64,000 nt of DNA from Kofleriaceae bacterium (GCA_965215005.1 CBDCCZ010000038.1:1-64000); one strand, 5' to 3'; shown: positions 28,495-40,423, counted from the stretch's first letter. Notes: a model not told the origin generated them from the sequence alone. A program made the numbers and translations.

Positions 28495-30102
28495 TCAAAG
28501 GCGCGGCGTCGACGGCTCACTGGCGCGATGCAGGCGTATCCAAACGGCGGCCGTGGTCGCAACGACAAGCAGCAGCAACACCAAGAGCACGATGCCGGCG
28601 GCGCGGTACTGCCGAAAATCGCGGAGCCACAGGAGCCCCCACCAGTCCAAGCGAACCCGGGCGTAGGTGGCGTGAATGTCCACAGGCAACGCGGTGTAGC
28701 GGTGCCAAGGAGCCGCGGCTTCGGCGGCTTTCCAGTTATCGCCGCTGGCGGTGCTCTTTAGCAGCCACCAGTGTCCCTTGATCGGGTTGAACGGCGGCAG
28801 CCACATCACCCCGTGCATGTCTTCGAAGCACGAGTCGCAGTGACCGCGGCCTCGTTCCGCGATGATCGCACCGCTGCGATCGGGCTGTCCCAGCCACTGC
28901 TCGCGTGCCTGTTTGGCAATGCGTATGTAGTGGTCCCAGTAAAAGGCAGTGCCGAGGAGCTGCACCGCCACGCCGGCAGCCACGATCGGCGTGATGACGC
29001 TCCAACGCACCACGGGCCGCCACGCAGACGCGCGCTCGAGAATGAGCACCATTGGCGCCACGAGCACGGGTACCGCAAACACAAAGAATCGCGGCCCCCA
29101 CGCGTATTCGCCACTCCAGAACTGATAGCTGGCGTAGCTCACCACGATCGGCAGCGCGGTCACGCTCGCGGCGACGAGGTAACGAGGCCAACGGCGGGCG
29201 GCCATGGGAAGCGCCGCGGCGGCCAAGAGCAGCGGCGGGCTGTAGAGAAACGCGCTCTTGTTGGGAGAAAGTAGCGTGCCCCACAGGCCAAAAAACGTGC
29301 TGCCGCCGAAGAATCGGCCGATGTACGGGCCATAACCTGTTTCGGCAATCGTGCCCCAGCGGGCGTAGTTGTAGCCTGCAGCCAACAGTAGAAACGGCGC
29401 GCCTCCAACAAGTGCGGCAAGCAGCACCTGGCGCAGCTCGAAGCGTCGATGGCGCAAGTGTAGAATGAGCAGTAGACCTCCGCCGATCACCGCCAGGGCG
29501 AGAATGTACTTGCTGTTCACCATGATCCCGGCCCAGACGCCGAGCCACACGCCGGCGCGCTTGCTCGGGGTGCGGAGCGTGGTCATGAGCTGGCCAAAAA
29601 ATCCGGTGAACGCCGCCATTTGGAGGACTTCTGAGTAGGCGTAGTCGGCATAGACCCAGGTGGTGGTGGCGGTGGCGAGAATGACGGTGGCTAGTGACGC
29701 ATGGCGTTGGCGCGCGCCGAGAGTGCGGCATAGGCCAAAGAACAAGGCGCAGGTAAGGGCGCCGAGGGCGGCGGGGGCGAGGTGACTCGTGAGCGGTTTG
29801 ACGAAGCGCTGCGACGCCGGCGCGACGGCGAGAATGGCCTCTTTGAGGGCGAGGCCGGGCACGTGCACGAGCGCGGTCATGAGCGGCGTAATGCCGTAGT
29901 AGCGATTGTCGCGTCCGCGGGGAATGTCTTCGGGCCACGGGAATGAGATGTCGACGCGACCGTCGAGCAGTAGATGCTCGCCCACGTCGTACATGCCGCG
30001 CGCATCGCCCCAGGGCGGTTCGCGGCCGCTGGAGAGCAGGTAGAGGGCGAACACGGCGAAGAAGATTGCCCAGCCAAAGCGCCGGTCGGACACGGATGAC
30101 AC
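28495..30102 (-). CDS. GT-C (ArnT/PMT-like) membrane glycosyltransferase
   Basis: Polytopic; first loop WGD, YSE, NSK, YNYARWG, SAFLYSP, W.G..AWGPRF motifs. Start approximate. Confidence 0.7.
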   Translation of the reverse strand: MSSVSDRRFGWAIFFAVFALYLLSSGREPPWGDARGMYDVGEHLLLDGRVDISFPWPEDIPRGRDNRYYGITPLMTALVHVPGLALKEAILAVAPASQRFVKPLTSHLAPAALGALTCALFFGLCRTLGARQRHASLATVILATATTTWVYADYAYSEVLQMAAFTGFFGQLMTTLRTPSKRAGVWLGVWAGIMVNSKYILALAVIGGGLLLILHLRHRRFELRQVLLAALVGGAPFLLLAAGYNYARWGTIAETGYGPYIGRFFGGSTFFGLWGTLLSPNKSAFLYSPPLLLAAAALPMAARRWPRYLVAASVTALPIVVSYASYQFWSGEYAWGPRFFVFAVPVLVAPMVLILERASAWRPVVRWSVITPIVAAGVAVQLLGTAFYWDHYIRIAKQAREQWLGQPDRSGAIIAERGRGHCDSCFEDMHGVMWLPPFNPIKGHWWLLKSTASGDNWKAAEAAAPWHRYTALPVDIHATYARVRLDWWGLLWLRDFRQYRAAGIVLLVLLLLVVATTAAVWIRLHRASEPSTPRL

Positions 30103-30321
30103 GTGCGCATTGTGCGGCAGGGCGAGGGGGCGTCGCGCTTCGAAGATCCACAAATGCCGTCGTCGCGGGTATTTTTGTCGCAGCTTCTCGCGCTGCGAGC
30201 TGTCATCGCGTTTGCGAAGCGTTGCTGCGTCGACGCCAGCACGGAAGATGGTGACGCGCGGCGAGTGATTGCTGGCGTCGCGCTGCCGAGTTGCTAGCCC
30301 TTCAAGGCTGTGGAAGAACCG

Positions 30322-30975
30322 CTACGGCCAGTAGAGGGTGAAACCGGCGCCGGTGAAGCCCGAGCCGGCGCCTAGAGTGAAAGTCGAAGCATTGGCGGTG
30401 TTGACGGCGAAGAGCGTGGTGTCGCCGCCAACGCCGAGCGTGACGCCCACTTCCAGGTGCAAGGCCAGGAGCTCGGTGAGCATCCACTGGGCACGCAAGG
30501 GAACCTCGAGGACGAGATCGGTCGTGCTCTCACTATCGTGCAGAAACGCCAGGTCCACGCGCCCACCGAGCATCAACGCTCCGTCGGAAAAGGTCTTTAG
30601 CTCGTAAAACAGCCCCCCGGCGAGCACGAAGAAGGTTCTCGAAGCGTCCGCGGAATTGTCATTGGCCAAGGTGAACATCGCATTGACCATGAGCCGGCCA
30701 AAGTGCAGCGATAGGTGGGGACCCACCGAGCCAGCAAGTGCCCTCTGGCCGCCGATGCCAAGCCAGCGGTCGGCACGTGGCGCAATGACGGACGCAGTAT
30801 CGGTATTGGCTGCTTCGAGGTCGCGGCCGTGATCGCGGTCGAGCTTCTGCTCCGGGTCGATTTCGCCATTGTCCTGGATAGCGGGGGAATCGTCGGCGTC
30901 CGCGATCTCGACGTGAAACCATGGGGCCAGAAATTGGGCCACTAACGCGATGGGTAGCACGAGCCGCTCGATCAT
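30322..30975 (-). CDS. Outer-membrane beta-barrel protein, paralog of the upstream gene
   Basis: Hydrophobic leader; LGIGG, LALHLEVGV, terminal GAGFTLYWP. Confidence 0.65.
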   Translation of the reverse strand: MIERLVLPIALVAQFLAPWFHVEIADADDSPAIQDNGEIDPEQKLDRDHGRDLEAANTDTASVIAPRADRWLGIGGQRALAGSVGPHLSLHFGRLMVNAMFTLANDNSADASRTFFVLAGGLFYELKTFSDGALMLGGRVDLAFLHDSESTTDLVLEVPLRAQWMLTELLALHLEVGVTLGVGGDTTLFAVNTANASTFTLGAGSGFTGAGFTLYWP

Positions 30976-30986
30976 CGGGAGATGCC

Positions 30987-31541
30987 TCAAAACCAAACCG
31001 TGAAGCCGGCGCCGCCGACCGCGTCGCTCACGCCGATGGCAATGGTGGTGATGTCGTTGGTGTCGTCGTCGTCGGGACCGGTGCTGTAATTGAGAAAGAC
31101 GACGCCGAGCTGGGTGTGCAGCGACAGCCAAGCAGTCGCGAAGTATTCAAAGCTGAGGCCAGCTTCGATCGGCAGGTTGGTGTCGAGTGAGCGGTCCATT
31201 CCCACGATGGGTTGACGAATCAACACATTCACGCCGCCATACCCACTGAGCCGGGCCGCGTTCCCGCGAAGAAGCTGGTAGTGCACCAGCAGCGCGAGGT
31301 CGACGGACGTAGAGGAGTCGCTACTGGCAACGACTCGCCGCGCGCCCATGATCGCTTGCAGTCCGAGCGAGTCGGTGGCGCCGTAGCGAAGGGAGACGCC
31401 GCTGGCCAATCCTAGCGTCGCATCGTAGCCGAGGCCGAAGCGGCCGCCGGTGCTCGTGAGCATCGACTGTTGGGCCTGGCTCGGCAGGGCAGCACCCAGC
31501 GCGACTGCCGCCGCCACGGCGGCACATACTCGTTTCAACAT
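30987..31541 (-). CDS. Outer-membrane beta-barrel protein
   Basis: GAGG RBS; signal peptide ending SQA; FGLGY, LSLHTQLGV, terminal GAGFTVWF. Confidence 0.7.
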   Translation of the reverse strand: MLKRVCAAVAAAVALGAALPSQAQQSMLTSTGGRFGLGYDATLGLASGVSLRYGATDSLGLQAIMGARRVVASSDSSTSVDLALLVHYQLLRGNAARLSGYGGVNVLIRQPIVGMDRSLDTNLPIEAGLSFEYFATAWLSLHTQLGVVFLNYSTGPDDDDTNDITTIAIGVSDAVGGAGFTVWF

Positions 31542-31685
31542 GGATCCCTCACGTCGCGCACGGATGGAGCGACTACCGTAAGTGTAAGAGCCGGCGGAGG
31601 GCCAGTTCTGCACCGCCGATGTCGCGTTGCGTCAGCCGTGAACCGGTGCAATCGCGGGCGTTCATCGTGCTAGGTTCCCGCCCCT

Positions 31686-33020
31686 ATGGCCGACGTAGCG
31701 CCGCTGGATAATCGCTTTCCCCCGCAGATCAAGTACATCGTCGGCAACGAGGCCGCCGAGCGGTTCAGCTACTACGGCATGACCGCGATCCTAACGCTGG
31801 TGATGGTCACCAACTTTGGCTTTGGCGAGTCCGAGGCCGAGTCGCTTTATCATTTATTCAGCGCTGCTGTGTACTTTCTCCCGCTTCTCGGTGCGTTCTT
31901 AGCCGATCGATATTGGGGCAAGTACGAGACCATCATTCGCCTCTCGTTCGTCTACGTCGCCGGTCACGCGGTACTGGCGGCGTTCGAAACGCGCACCGGT
32001 CTCTATGTTGGGCTCGGGCTCATCGCGCTTGGCGCGGGCGGCATCAAGCCGTGCGTCTCGGCGCATGTTGGCGACCAGTTCACCCAGCGCAACAAACACT
32101 TGCTAGGTAAGGTGTTCAGCGCGTTCTACTGGTCGATCAACCTGGGATCGCTCGCTTCCACGCTGCTAACGCCACAACTTCGGCAGCACTTTGGCGCTAG
32201 TGTCGCGTTCGCGGTGCCCGGCATATTGATGGCGCTAGCGTTGTTCGTGTTTTGGCTGGGGCGTCGCTACTACCGCGTGGTGCCGCCGACCGGCGCGCGT
32301 CCCGACACGCCGGCGCGCGTGCTTTGGTCTTTGCTGCGCCATGGTCGCGCGGCCACCGCCGAGCGCTTCGGCGCCGTGCGTCTCGAAGAGGCCTTGGCCG
32401 TGGCTCGTGTCGCTAAGATCCTCGCGCCGGTCATGTTCTTCTGGGCGATGTTCTTCCAGACCGGTTCGAGCTGGGTGATTCTCACGACCCAGCTCGACCT
32501 CCACGGTTTCCTGGCCGCCGATCAGCTGCAGGCCGCGAATCCGGCGTTGGTGATGGCGATGATTCCGCTGTTCACGGTCATCATCTATCCCGCGCTCAAG
32601 CGCCGCGGCATCAGCACCATGCCGCTGCACCGCATGACGGTGGGCATGTTTGTCACCGCGGCGTCGTTCTTGCCGGTGGCGGCGCTGCAGTGGCTCGTAG
32701 ATAACGGCTCGCAGCCGTCTGCGCTGTGGATTCTTGTCCCCTATTTCATCCTCACCGCCGGGGAGATCATGGTGTCGATCACCGGTCTCGAGTTCGCGTA
32801 TACCCAAGCGCCGGCGTCGGTGAAGAGCACGGTGCAGAGCGTTTGGCTGCTCACGTTTGGCTTTGGCAATCTGCTCACCGCAGCGATCATTCAGCTCAAT
32901 CCATTCGACGGCGCCTGGCGCTTTGCCATGTGGACGGTGCTCATGAGCGTGGTCGCGATCTTGTTCGCGTTGTTCGCGCGCAGCTACAAGATGGTCGAGT
33001 ACGTCGACGACCGCGACTAA
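31686..33020 (+). CDS. POT/PTR family proton-dependent oligopeptide transporter
   Basis: NEAAERFSYYGM (ExxERFxYY), GGIKPCVSAHVGDQF, FYWSINLGS, GLEFAYTQAP. Confidence 0.93.
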   Translation: MADVAPLDNRFPPQIKYIVGNEAAERFSYYGMTAILTLVMVTNFGFGESEAESLYHLFSAAVYFLPLLGAFLADRYWGKYETIIRLSFVYVAGHAVLAAFETRTGLYVGLGLIALGAGGIKPCVSAHVGDQFTQRNKHLLGKVFSAFYWSINLGSLASTLLTPQLRQHFGASVAFAVPGILMALALFVFWLGRRYYRVVPPTGARPDTPARVLWSLLRHGRAATAERFGAVRLEEALAVARVAKILAPVMFFWAMFFQTGSSWVILTTQLDLHGFLAADQLQAANPALVMAMIPLFTVIIYPALKRRGISTMPLHRMTVGMFVTAASFLPVAALQWLVDNGSQPSALWILVPYFILTAGEIMVSITGLEFAYTQAPASVKSTVQSVWLLTFGFGNLLTAAIIQLNPFDGAWRFAMWTVLMSVVAILFALFARSYKMVEYVDDRD

Positions 33021-34063
33021 TACAGCTCGTCGATCAAGCGGCAGAACGGGCTGCCTGGGCAGCAGATGTCGACTGGACTGCCGCCGCGTTCGGTGTGAAA
33101 GCAGGTGCGGGCGCCGGCGCTGGGATAATAGTAGGCCCAGAAAAAGCACATCTCATCATCGACGCCTTCGCCGAAGTACACGGTGCGCTCGCTGCGATTG
33201 TTCCAGGTGCACGAAAATCGAAATCCGCCCTCAGGCGGCAGCTGCAGCGGCGGATCGAGGTGCACCGTCTCCGGCTCGCTCCAGTTGAACGAGGGCAGGT
33301 CGTAGACCGGCGTGCCCGGATCGCTCGCATCATCGGCCGCGGCAATCCACACGTCAGTGCCCCATTGATGTTGATGGCCGGTGAGGCCGAAAAATCGGCT
33401 GCCTTCGAGCTCCGCTGGGAGCGGAAAGTATACGGGACCGAGCGTTTGCGACGCACCGGGTGCGAGCTCGATGTCGGGATTGCCGATGAACAGAAAATCT
33501 GCCGCGTGCTCGAGCTCGGCGGCGGGCATGCTGGAGAGCTCGGAAATGACCTCGACCGACTGGGGGGCATCGCTGGCGTTGATGAAGTGGAGCTCGAGCC
33601 GAAGCATCTGCTCGGCTTCCAGCTCAAAACCCACGCCCGCAGGCAAACGCAGTGTTTCCTCGGCTTTTTGAGTGATCATCAGCGGCGCCCCTTGCTCAGG
33701 GGAAACCAGGTTCTGGATCGATTCGCAGCGATACGGCTCACGTTGCTCGGGGGTGCCAGCGGGGGCTCGATATAAGATGAAGTGGTGCGACGCCGTGCCG
33801 AGCTGGTTGTGGATCTCGTTGATGACTACCGGCGTTTCGTTACCGAGCGATAGCGTCACGCAGCGAACCTCTTCGACGCCGGGCTCGACCATGAGCGGCC
33901 CCCAGCGCAGCTCGAACTGCTGCGGCTCGTCGCTCGGTTCGTCACTCGGCTCGCGGGGCTGGCCGCCCGGCTCGTCGGGGAGCGCGGAGCTCGTGCAGCT
34001 CGAGCTGGCAAAGGAGACGAGAAGCGTGAACCAGAGCCAAGACCGATACTGCAAAGTAACCAC
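33017..34063 (-). CDS. Copper type II (PHM/DBH-like) monooxygenase-family lipoprotein
   Basis: SSSC lipobox-like leader; SHHFILY and ELHFIN (CuH ligands); GHQH and DEMC (CuM ligands). Confidence 0.8.
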   Translation of the reverse strand: MVTLQYRSWLWFTLLVSFASSSCTSSALPDEPGGQPREPSDEPSDEPQQFELRWGPLMVEPGVEEVRCVTLSLGNETPVVINEIHNQLGTASHHFILYRAPAGTPEQREPYRCESIQNLVSPEQGAPLMITQKAEETLRLPAGVGFELEAEQMLRLELHFINASDAPQSVEVISELSSMPAAELEHAADFLFIGNPDIELAPGASQTLGPVYFPLPAELEGSRFFGLTGHQHQWGTDVWIAAADDASDPGTPVYDLPSFNWSEPETVHLDPPLQLPPEGGFRFSCTWNNRSERTVYFGEGVDDEMCFFWAYYYPSAGARTCFHTERGGSPVDICCPGSPFCRLIDELY

Positions 34064-34189
34064 ACCATAGTGTAGCTAAGATCGCTCGCACACCTAGCTG
34101 CACTTGCCGAGCCCGCAGAACCGGCGTAGCAGTCGCGCCGACAGCAGCCGCAGGTTGCTTACAACAATTACTGCAGTGCAGTGTGTGGC

Positions 34190-34504
34190 CTATATCAGCT
34201 CGACGTACACGTCGCCATCGACGAGGTGCACCGGATAGCGGCGCAATAGCAGCCGCGCGTCGTGGGAGCAGCGCCCGGTTCGCAGGTCGAATTGATAACC
34301 GTGACCGGGACAAATGACGCGCATGCCTACGCGCTTGCCGCCGAGCAGCGAGACATCTTCATGCGGACACATACTCGAGGCCGCAAGTAACGTGCCCTCG
34401 ACGTTGGCGATGAGCACCGGTATCGCCACGCCTTCTACGGCAAACCCACGCGTTTCGCCAGGCGCAACCTCATCGGCGGCACATACGCGAACTCGCAGCG
34501 GCAT
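34190..34504 (-). CDS. Rieske [2Fe-2S] ferredoxin
   Basis: CPH...[16 protein letters not shown] overlaps the upstream TGA. Confidence 0.9.
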   Translation of the reverse strand: MPLRVRVCAADEVAPGETRGFAVEGVAIPVLIANVEGTLLAASSMCPHEDVSLLGGKRVGMRVICPGHGYQFDLRTGRCSHDARLLLRRYPVHLVDGDVYVELI

Positions 34505-35357
34505 CACGCGCGCTCGCTGCGGCCGCGCGGATCGAATCGATCGCGCAGCCCATCGCCGAGTAAGTTGGCACCGAGCACGACCCACATGATCGCAAAGCCG
34601 GGAATCAGTGCGAAGTAGGCATAGTCGGCTTTGAGCATGAATGTCGTGCCTTGATCGAGCAGCGCGCCCCACGTGTAATCGACTTGCGGGCCGAGTCCGA
34701 GAAACGACAGCGAAGCCTCGACGAGGATCACAGTGCCAAAGCCAAAGGTCATCTGCACGATGATTGGCGATAGCAGGTTGGGCAGCACGTGCTTGCGCAT
34801 GATGCGCCCAGCGCTGGCGCCAACCGCGCGTGCCGCCTGCACGTACTCGCGTTCGCGCAGCGACAACACCTGCCCGCGAGCAACGCGGGCGTAGCCCACC
34901 CAGCCATTGAGAGCGAGCGCGAAGATCAGCACGCCCACCCCAGGACGTGCCACCGCCGCGACGATGGCGATGTTGAGCAGAATGCCCGGAAACGCCATCA
35001 GGATGTCGACCAGGCGCATGATGACCTCATCGATCTTGCCGCCGAAGTAGCCACTCGCGACGCCAAGGGCGACGCCGACGACCGCGCAGGTGGACACCAC
35101 CGATAAGCTGATGATGAGCGCAACCCGCGCGCCAAACAGCATCTCCGAGACAACGTCGACGCCGCGGTGATCGGTTCCCAGCCAATGGCTTGCCGAGGGC
35201 GGTTGGAACGCGGCTTCGAGCGCCTGAGCGGTGGGCGAGTAGGGTGCCAAGTAGGGGCCGAAGGCGCCGAGCAGCAGAAACGTTGTCACCATGAAGAGCC
35301 CGAGCCACGCACTCGAGCTCAAGTCCAAGCGCCGCAGTAGCGACTTGCGTGGCCTGC

Positions 35358-35361
<4 letters not shown>
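34504..35361 (-). CDS. Peptide/nickel ABC transporter permease (DppC/OppC-like)
   Basis: [43 protein letters not shown]. Confidence 0.92.
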
Positions 35362-36296
<935 letters not shown>

Positions 36297-36367
36297 GCGG
36301 TGCTCAGGCTAACAGCTCGGGTGCCGTGGGCAACTTCGTCAGTGACCGATCGACGTCTGAGCGGGTG

Positions 36368-36871
36368 CTACTCGTCGTCGGCTTCTTCGAGCGCCGCAGG
36401 ATCGACTGCGCAGAAGCGCTGTGTGGACGATTCGCCGGGCGCGCTGACGATCTCTCCGCCATGCGCCAACATCAGCTCTCGATCGCGGCACTCGTACTTG
36501 TCGCGACAGTCGCCTTCGCCCTCGCAAGTTTTCATGCAGTAGCGCGTCTCGGCGACCGCCGGGACGCAAAATCCGCCCATGGTGCACAGCTCCGAAGAGC
36601 TGCAGTCTGCGGTCTCTTCACAAGGAACGTTGGTGCTGCCGACGGAAAAGAACCGCACGCACACGCCCCCTTCGGGGCAGCTGTCGTAGTCACAGCCAAG
36701 GACCGTGCAGTAGCCGCCCGGGGAGTTGCTCGGCAGGTCGCAGATCAAGTCGCCCGAGGGCGAACAATCGGTGCTCGATGAGCATTCATCGCCAATCTCC
36801 GTGCCGCAAGCCGAGGCGATGAGAGTGATGAAAAGTATGGAAAGGGGAGCTATGAACCGCACGGACCGCAA
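36368..36871 (-). CDS. Cys-rich lipoprotein
   Basis: ASAC lipobox and 16 further Cys in repeated C-x5-C-like units (PGGYCT..GC....CP). Confidence 0.75.
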   Translation of the reverse strand: MRSVRFIAPLSILFITLIASACGTEIGDECSSSTDCSPSGDLICDLPSNSPGGYCTVLGCDYDSCPEGGVCVRFFSVGSTNVPCEETADCSSSELCTMGGFCVPAVAETRYCMKTCEGEGDCRDKYECRDRELMLAHGGEIVSAPGESSTQRFCAVDPAALEEADDE

Positions 36872-36935
36872 ATCCTATCGAACGCTAAGACGCATCACAA
36901 GCGGCTGCGGTTGCCCGCGGTCGCTCTGCACCCAG

Positions 36936-37091
36936 CTAGTGGTTCACGGCGGAAGTCGTGAACCGCTAGAAAAACAACAATCGCTTGGGGAGACGCCGAA
37001 CGGGGCGCCTGAGCAGCAGAAATCTGCCGCCCTTGCCCCGCATCGGGGCGGCGGAATTCTGCGTCATGAATCCCGCGGCGTCGTACTCTAG
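36936..37091 (+). repeat. Copy of the ~151-bp structured interspersed repeat
   Basis: CTAGTGGTTCACGGC-GGAA-GTCGTGAACCGCTAG...GCAGAAATCTGCCGCCC...GGGCGGCGGAATTCTGC...CTAG. Confidence 0.92.
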
Positions 37092-37130
37092 GCGGTGACA
37101 ACGTCCAACGCGCCCCGTAGAGTCGCCCCG

Positions 37131-37583
37131 ATGCGGGCAGTGGTGCAGCGGGTATTACGTGCCTCGGTCACGGTCGAGGGCCACGTGGTCGGCGCTATCG
37201 AGCGCGGCCTTTGCGTGCTCGTCGGGGCGGGGTCTGACGATAGCGAACGTGATCTCGACTATATCGTCGATAAGATCGTCAACTTGCGAATCTTTGCAGA
37301 TGCCGACGGCAAGATGAACCTCTCGGTGCTCGACGTTGGCGGCGCGGTATTGGCAGTTTCGCAGTTCACGCTGTATGGCGATGCACGGCGAGGCCGGCGC
37401 CCCGCGTTCACGAGTGCGCTTGCGCCCGCCGCCGCAAGCGAGGTCTACGAGCAGCTGGTGGTGGCTCTGCGGACCGCCGGCGTCGCGCAGGTGGCCACCG
37501 GGGTGTTCAAAGCGCATATGGCGGTGGAGCTCGTCAACGATGGCCCAGTGACGATCCTTCTCGACTCGGCCAAGCAGTTTTGA
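37131..37583 (+). CDS. dtd: D-aminoacyl-tRNA deacylase
   Basis: [35 protein letters not shown]. Confidence 0.95.
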   Translation: MRAVVQRVLRASVTVEGHVVGAIERGLCVLVGAGSDDSERDLDYIVDKIVNLRIFADADGKMNLSVLDVGGAVLAVSQFTLYGDARRGRRPAFTSALAPAAASEVYEQLVVALRTAGVAQVATGVFKAHMAVELVNDGPVTILLDSAKQF

Positions 37584-37731
37584 TCTCGCGGTTCGCCCGC
37601 GAACTCGCATCTCGCCGTAGCTCGACCTTGGCGACTGGTAAGTTGCCTCGAGGCGCGCCTGAGCAGCAGCGCGCGGGCAGTACATGAAGGTCCGAGGCGG
37701 AGCCGGTGCGCGGCAGTCGTTTGCGCGCGGG

Positions 37732-38658
37732 TTACGGCACTACGACGAACTCGCGGCTCATCAGGCTTACCAAGCCCTGTGCTGCCGCCAGGTCGCTGCC
37801 TGGATGGTGATCGAGCACCGCCTGCAGCTGGCCATGGTCGAGCACGAGCTGAAACGTATCGAGCTCGGCCGGCGACAAGTCGCGCAGCCGTCCCGCCAAC
37901 GGCGTGGGCACGGCGAGCGCCGAGTGCGGCGGCGGCAGTTGCGCCTCGAGCATGCGAAACTCATCGAGCTGTCGGACGCCCTCCATGAGCAGCGCCTCGG
38001 TGGATTCTTGCAGCTCTTCCATCACCTGCATCTCGACCTGAGGCTCGAGCTCGAAGGTGCCGGTGGACCAAGTGAGCATCCGATAGATCGCTTTGTGGGC
38101 GCTGATCGTGAAGTCGTCGTTGATGGCGGCGAAGTACAGCTGTCCCTTGCGCAGGTAGATCTTGCCGACCAGCGCGCCGGAGTGAATCGACAGCACGCCA
38201 GATTTTCGGCTGGTCGAGAGCAGCTGTAGGAGATCGGGCAGCGGAATCTCCTCGATCACGCCCGACATCGGCCGACCGGCCGTAGAATGGCGGTTGGCGC
38301 CTGCTTCGAGACGTCGACGGGCCTCGGCCTCGGATTGATGGATGGCGCTCTCATCCACGCCGACCAACTTTATGATCGAGGTGCCTACGAGAATGCGATC
38401 GCCCTCGGCGAGGCGCGAGCGGGCGACCTTTTCACCGTTGACGAAGGTGCCGTTGGTGGAGCCGAGATCTTGGATATGCACCTCGGCTTCGGTGCTGGTG
38501 ATCTTGGCGTGGCGCCGAGACACCATATCCTCCACCAGGACCATATCCAGGTCACTGGATCGTCCGATGATGATCTCGCGATTCATTCGGAGGGGAAACT
38601 CTCCCCCTTGATACTTGCCCGAAATGAACCGCAGCGCGAAGCGAGGGCGGTCTGACAT
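37732..38658 (-). CDS. FHA domain + DUF4388 (PatA-N-like) protein
   Basis: IGR...VSRRHA...DLGSTNGTFVNG (FHA); G.IEEIPLPDLLQLL...KSGVL...W..GTFE...LLMEG.RQLDE. Confidence 0.88.
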   Translation of the reverse strand: MSDRPRFALRFISGKYQGGEFPLRMNREIIIGRSSDLDMVLVEDMVSRRHAKITSTEAEVHIQDLGSTNGTFVNGEKVARSRLAEGDRILVGTSIIKLVGVDESAIHQSEAEARRRLEAGANRHSTAGRPMSGVIEEIPLPDLLQLLSTSRKSGVLSIHSGALVGKIYLRKGQLYFAAINDDFTISAHKAIYRMLTWSTGTFELEPQVEMQVMEELQESTEALLMEGVRQLDEFRMLEAQLPPPHSALAVPTPLAGRLRDLSPAELDTFQLVLDHGQLQAVLDHHPGSDLAAAQGLVSLMSREFVVVP

Positions 38659-38749
38659 TTCCCTTTAGTTGTAGACGGGTTACCGCAAGCCTATAGCGAA
38701 GCACTGGCGTTGCGCAAGTTGGCTAGCGCGCGACTGCGCTTGCTTCGCG

Positions 38750-39691
38750 CTAACGACGCTTCCCTACCCCAGCGACCTCGAGCGCGGCCAAGTCGTCGCG
38801 CGCCTCACCGGGCTCGGTGTCGACGTCGGCGGGCGATGGATCGCTGGCGGTGGGGCCGGCGATGGAGCCGGCACCGAAGGCCGGCAGTTCATCTCCGGCG
38901 ACGGCAGCTAGGCGCACTGGCCGCAAAATATTCTTGATGCGGCGATAGACCTCTTCCGATACGACGAGGCTCGAGTGGCCGAGCGGCACGGTGACCGAGT
39001 GGGCGCCGGACATGCGAGTACTCGGCAACGGACACACCCAATCGCGCACCGCTGCCAACGTATGAACTTCGAGTCCCGGCGGCAGCGGCCCTTGCGTTAG
39101 CTCGTCGAGGAACCGGCTGCGCGGCAACAGCTGCCACGACGAGGTAGAAAATAATCCCAAGGTCATGACGCCAGCGAGCGCTGCCCAGGTGCCGCGGATC
39201 GGCGTGCCCATCATGATGAGCCGACGCACGCGCGTGTGCCCCCCGAGCTTCTTGGCGTAGTAAAGGCCGATAAGGCCGCCCATAGAGTGGCCGACGATAT
39301 CGATTTCTTCGAACGACGTTTGCGCCAGGATCCGTTCGATCTTTCGGTGAATCAAAAACGCTGAGCGGCGAATGTCGCGGACATTGATGGTGCCGAGGTT
39401 GAACGAGAACACCGCGAAGCCATCATCGAATAGGCGCTTTTCCAGCAAGTACATCGAGCCGCGGGTGCCGAGGAACCCGTGGATGATGAGGACTGGCCGG
39501 CCGTCGCCTTCGATCGCTTCGAGGGAGGTGCGGCGGCGGATGCGATTGCCGCGTGCGAGGTGGCGCAGGTACGACAGCCCGTGGCTTCCGCCGGTGATGT
39601 CTTGACCGACTGAGCTCTCTTTGCCCAGCCACCGCGTTGGCGCCGACATCAGCCAGCGCGCGAGCCACGGCGCTCTTGGAGGCTTACTCAC
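38750..39691 (-). CDS. Alpha/beta hydrolase (lipase/esterase-like)
   Basis: PVLIIHGF, VGHSMGG, GTP..GT, D.V, GH. Confidence 0.85.
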   Translation of the reverse strand: MSKPPRAPWLARWLMSAPTRWLGKESSVGQDITGGSHGLSYLRHLARGNRIRRRTSLEAIEGDGRPVLIIHGFLGTRGSMYLLEKRLFDDGFAVFSFNLGTINVRDIRRSAFLIHRKIERILAQTSFEEIDIVGHSMGGLIGLYYAKKLGGHTRVRRLIMMGTPIRGTWAALAGVMTLGLFSTSSWQLLPRSRFLDELTQGPLPPGLEVHTLAAVRDWVCPLPSTRMSGAHSVTVPLGHSSLVVSEEVYRRIKNILRPVRLAAVAGDELPAFGAGSIAGPTASDPSPADVDTEPGEARDDLAALEVAGVGKRR

Positions 39692-39826
39692 CGTGAAAGT
39701 CTAGCGCTAGATCTGCGTTGTCGTCACCCTAGGCTGCGGGCTCCAGCCAATTCGCAGCGTGCGCGCGGCGGCTGGAGTCTCTGGTGCTGTAATGAACGCG
39801 AGCTACACGGCACGCGATACACCTCA

Positions 39827-40423
39827 TCAGCGCAGGTCGCGGAACCCTTCGCCGGTGAGCTCCGAGCAGCGATGCGCGTAGGCGTGCGAGGCCGCGCCTT
39901 GATGGGGATATTCGGTACAAGTCCACGCACCTTCTCGACCGACGATGCCGCGTCGGGTGATGAGATATGAGCCGCTGCGGTACACCAAGGCGAATTCTTC
40001 GCCGGCGTCGGTGTGACGACGGAACGAGCGCGCGTCGCCGGCGGGTGCTCGCCCCGGCGGTTTGGCGGTCGCGTCAGCATCAGGGCGATCGCGTACCTGG
40101 GGCGGTCCAGGCAGCGCTGCGACGTCCTCGGAAGAGGGCGGTTCGGCGGAGTCGATGGCCGCAGAGGGCTCGTCTGCTTGCGCCGGCTGCTCGGGAGCTC
40201 CATGGTTTTCGCTCGCATCCTTTTGCTGCGAAGGAAAACTCTGCGACTCCTTCTTGAACGGATCGTCAGCGACAGAAGGGCTCGAACCACCATCGCCGAC
40301 GAGCCCCATGCCGAGTGGGCTCATGGCGCGAGCCTGCTTCTCGAGCTTGTTTGCTTCGGGCTCGGGCGTGGAAGTGTTCGCGTCGTCGTCGCGATCCTTG
40401 GTCTCTTCGACTTTGGTCACCAT
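39827..40423 (-). CDS. Hypothetical protein (disordered N-terminus, small C-terminal domain)
   Basis: Acidic/Pro-rich N-half, then GDARSFRR...EFALVYR...YLITR.G.VG..G.W...EYP. Start inferred. Confidence 0.6.
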   Translation of the reverse strand: MVTKVEETKDRDDDANTSTPEPEANKLEKQARAMSPLGMGLVGDGGSSPSVADDPFKKESQSFPSQQKDASENHGAPEQPAQADEPSAAIDSAEPPSSEDVAALPGPPQVRDRPDADATAKPPGRAPAGDARSFRRHTDAGEEFALVYRSGSYLITRRGIVGREGAWTCTEYPHQGAASHAYAHRCSELTGEGFRDLR

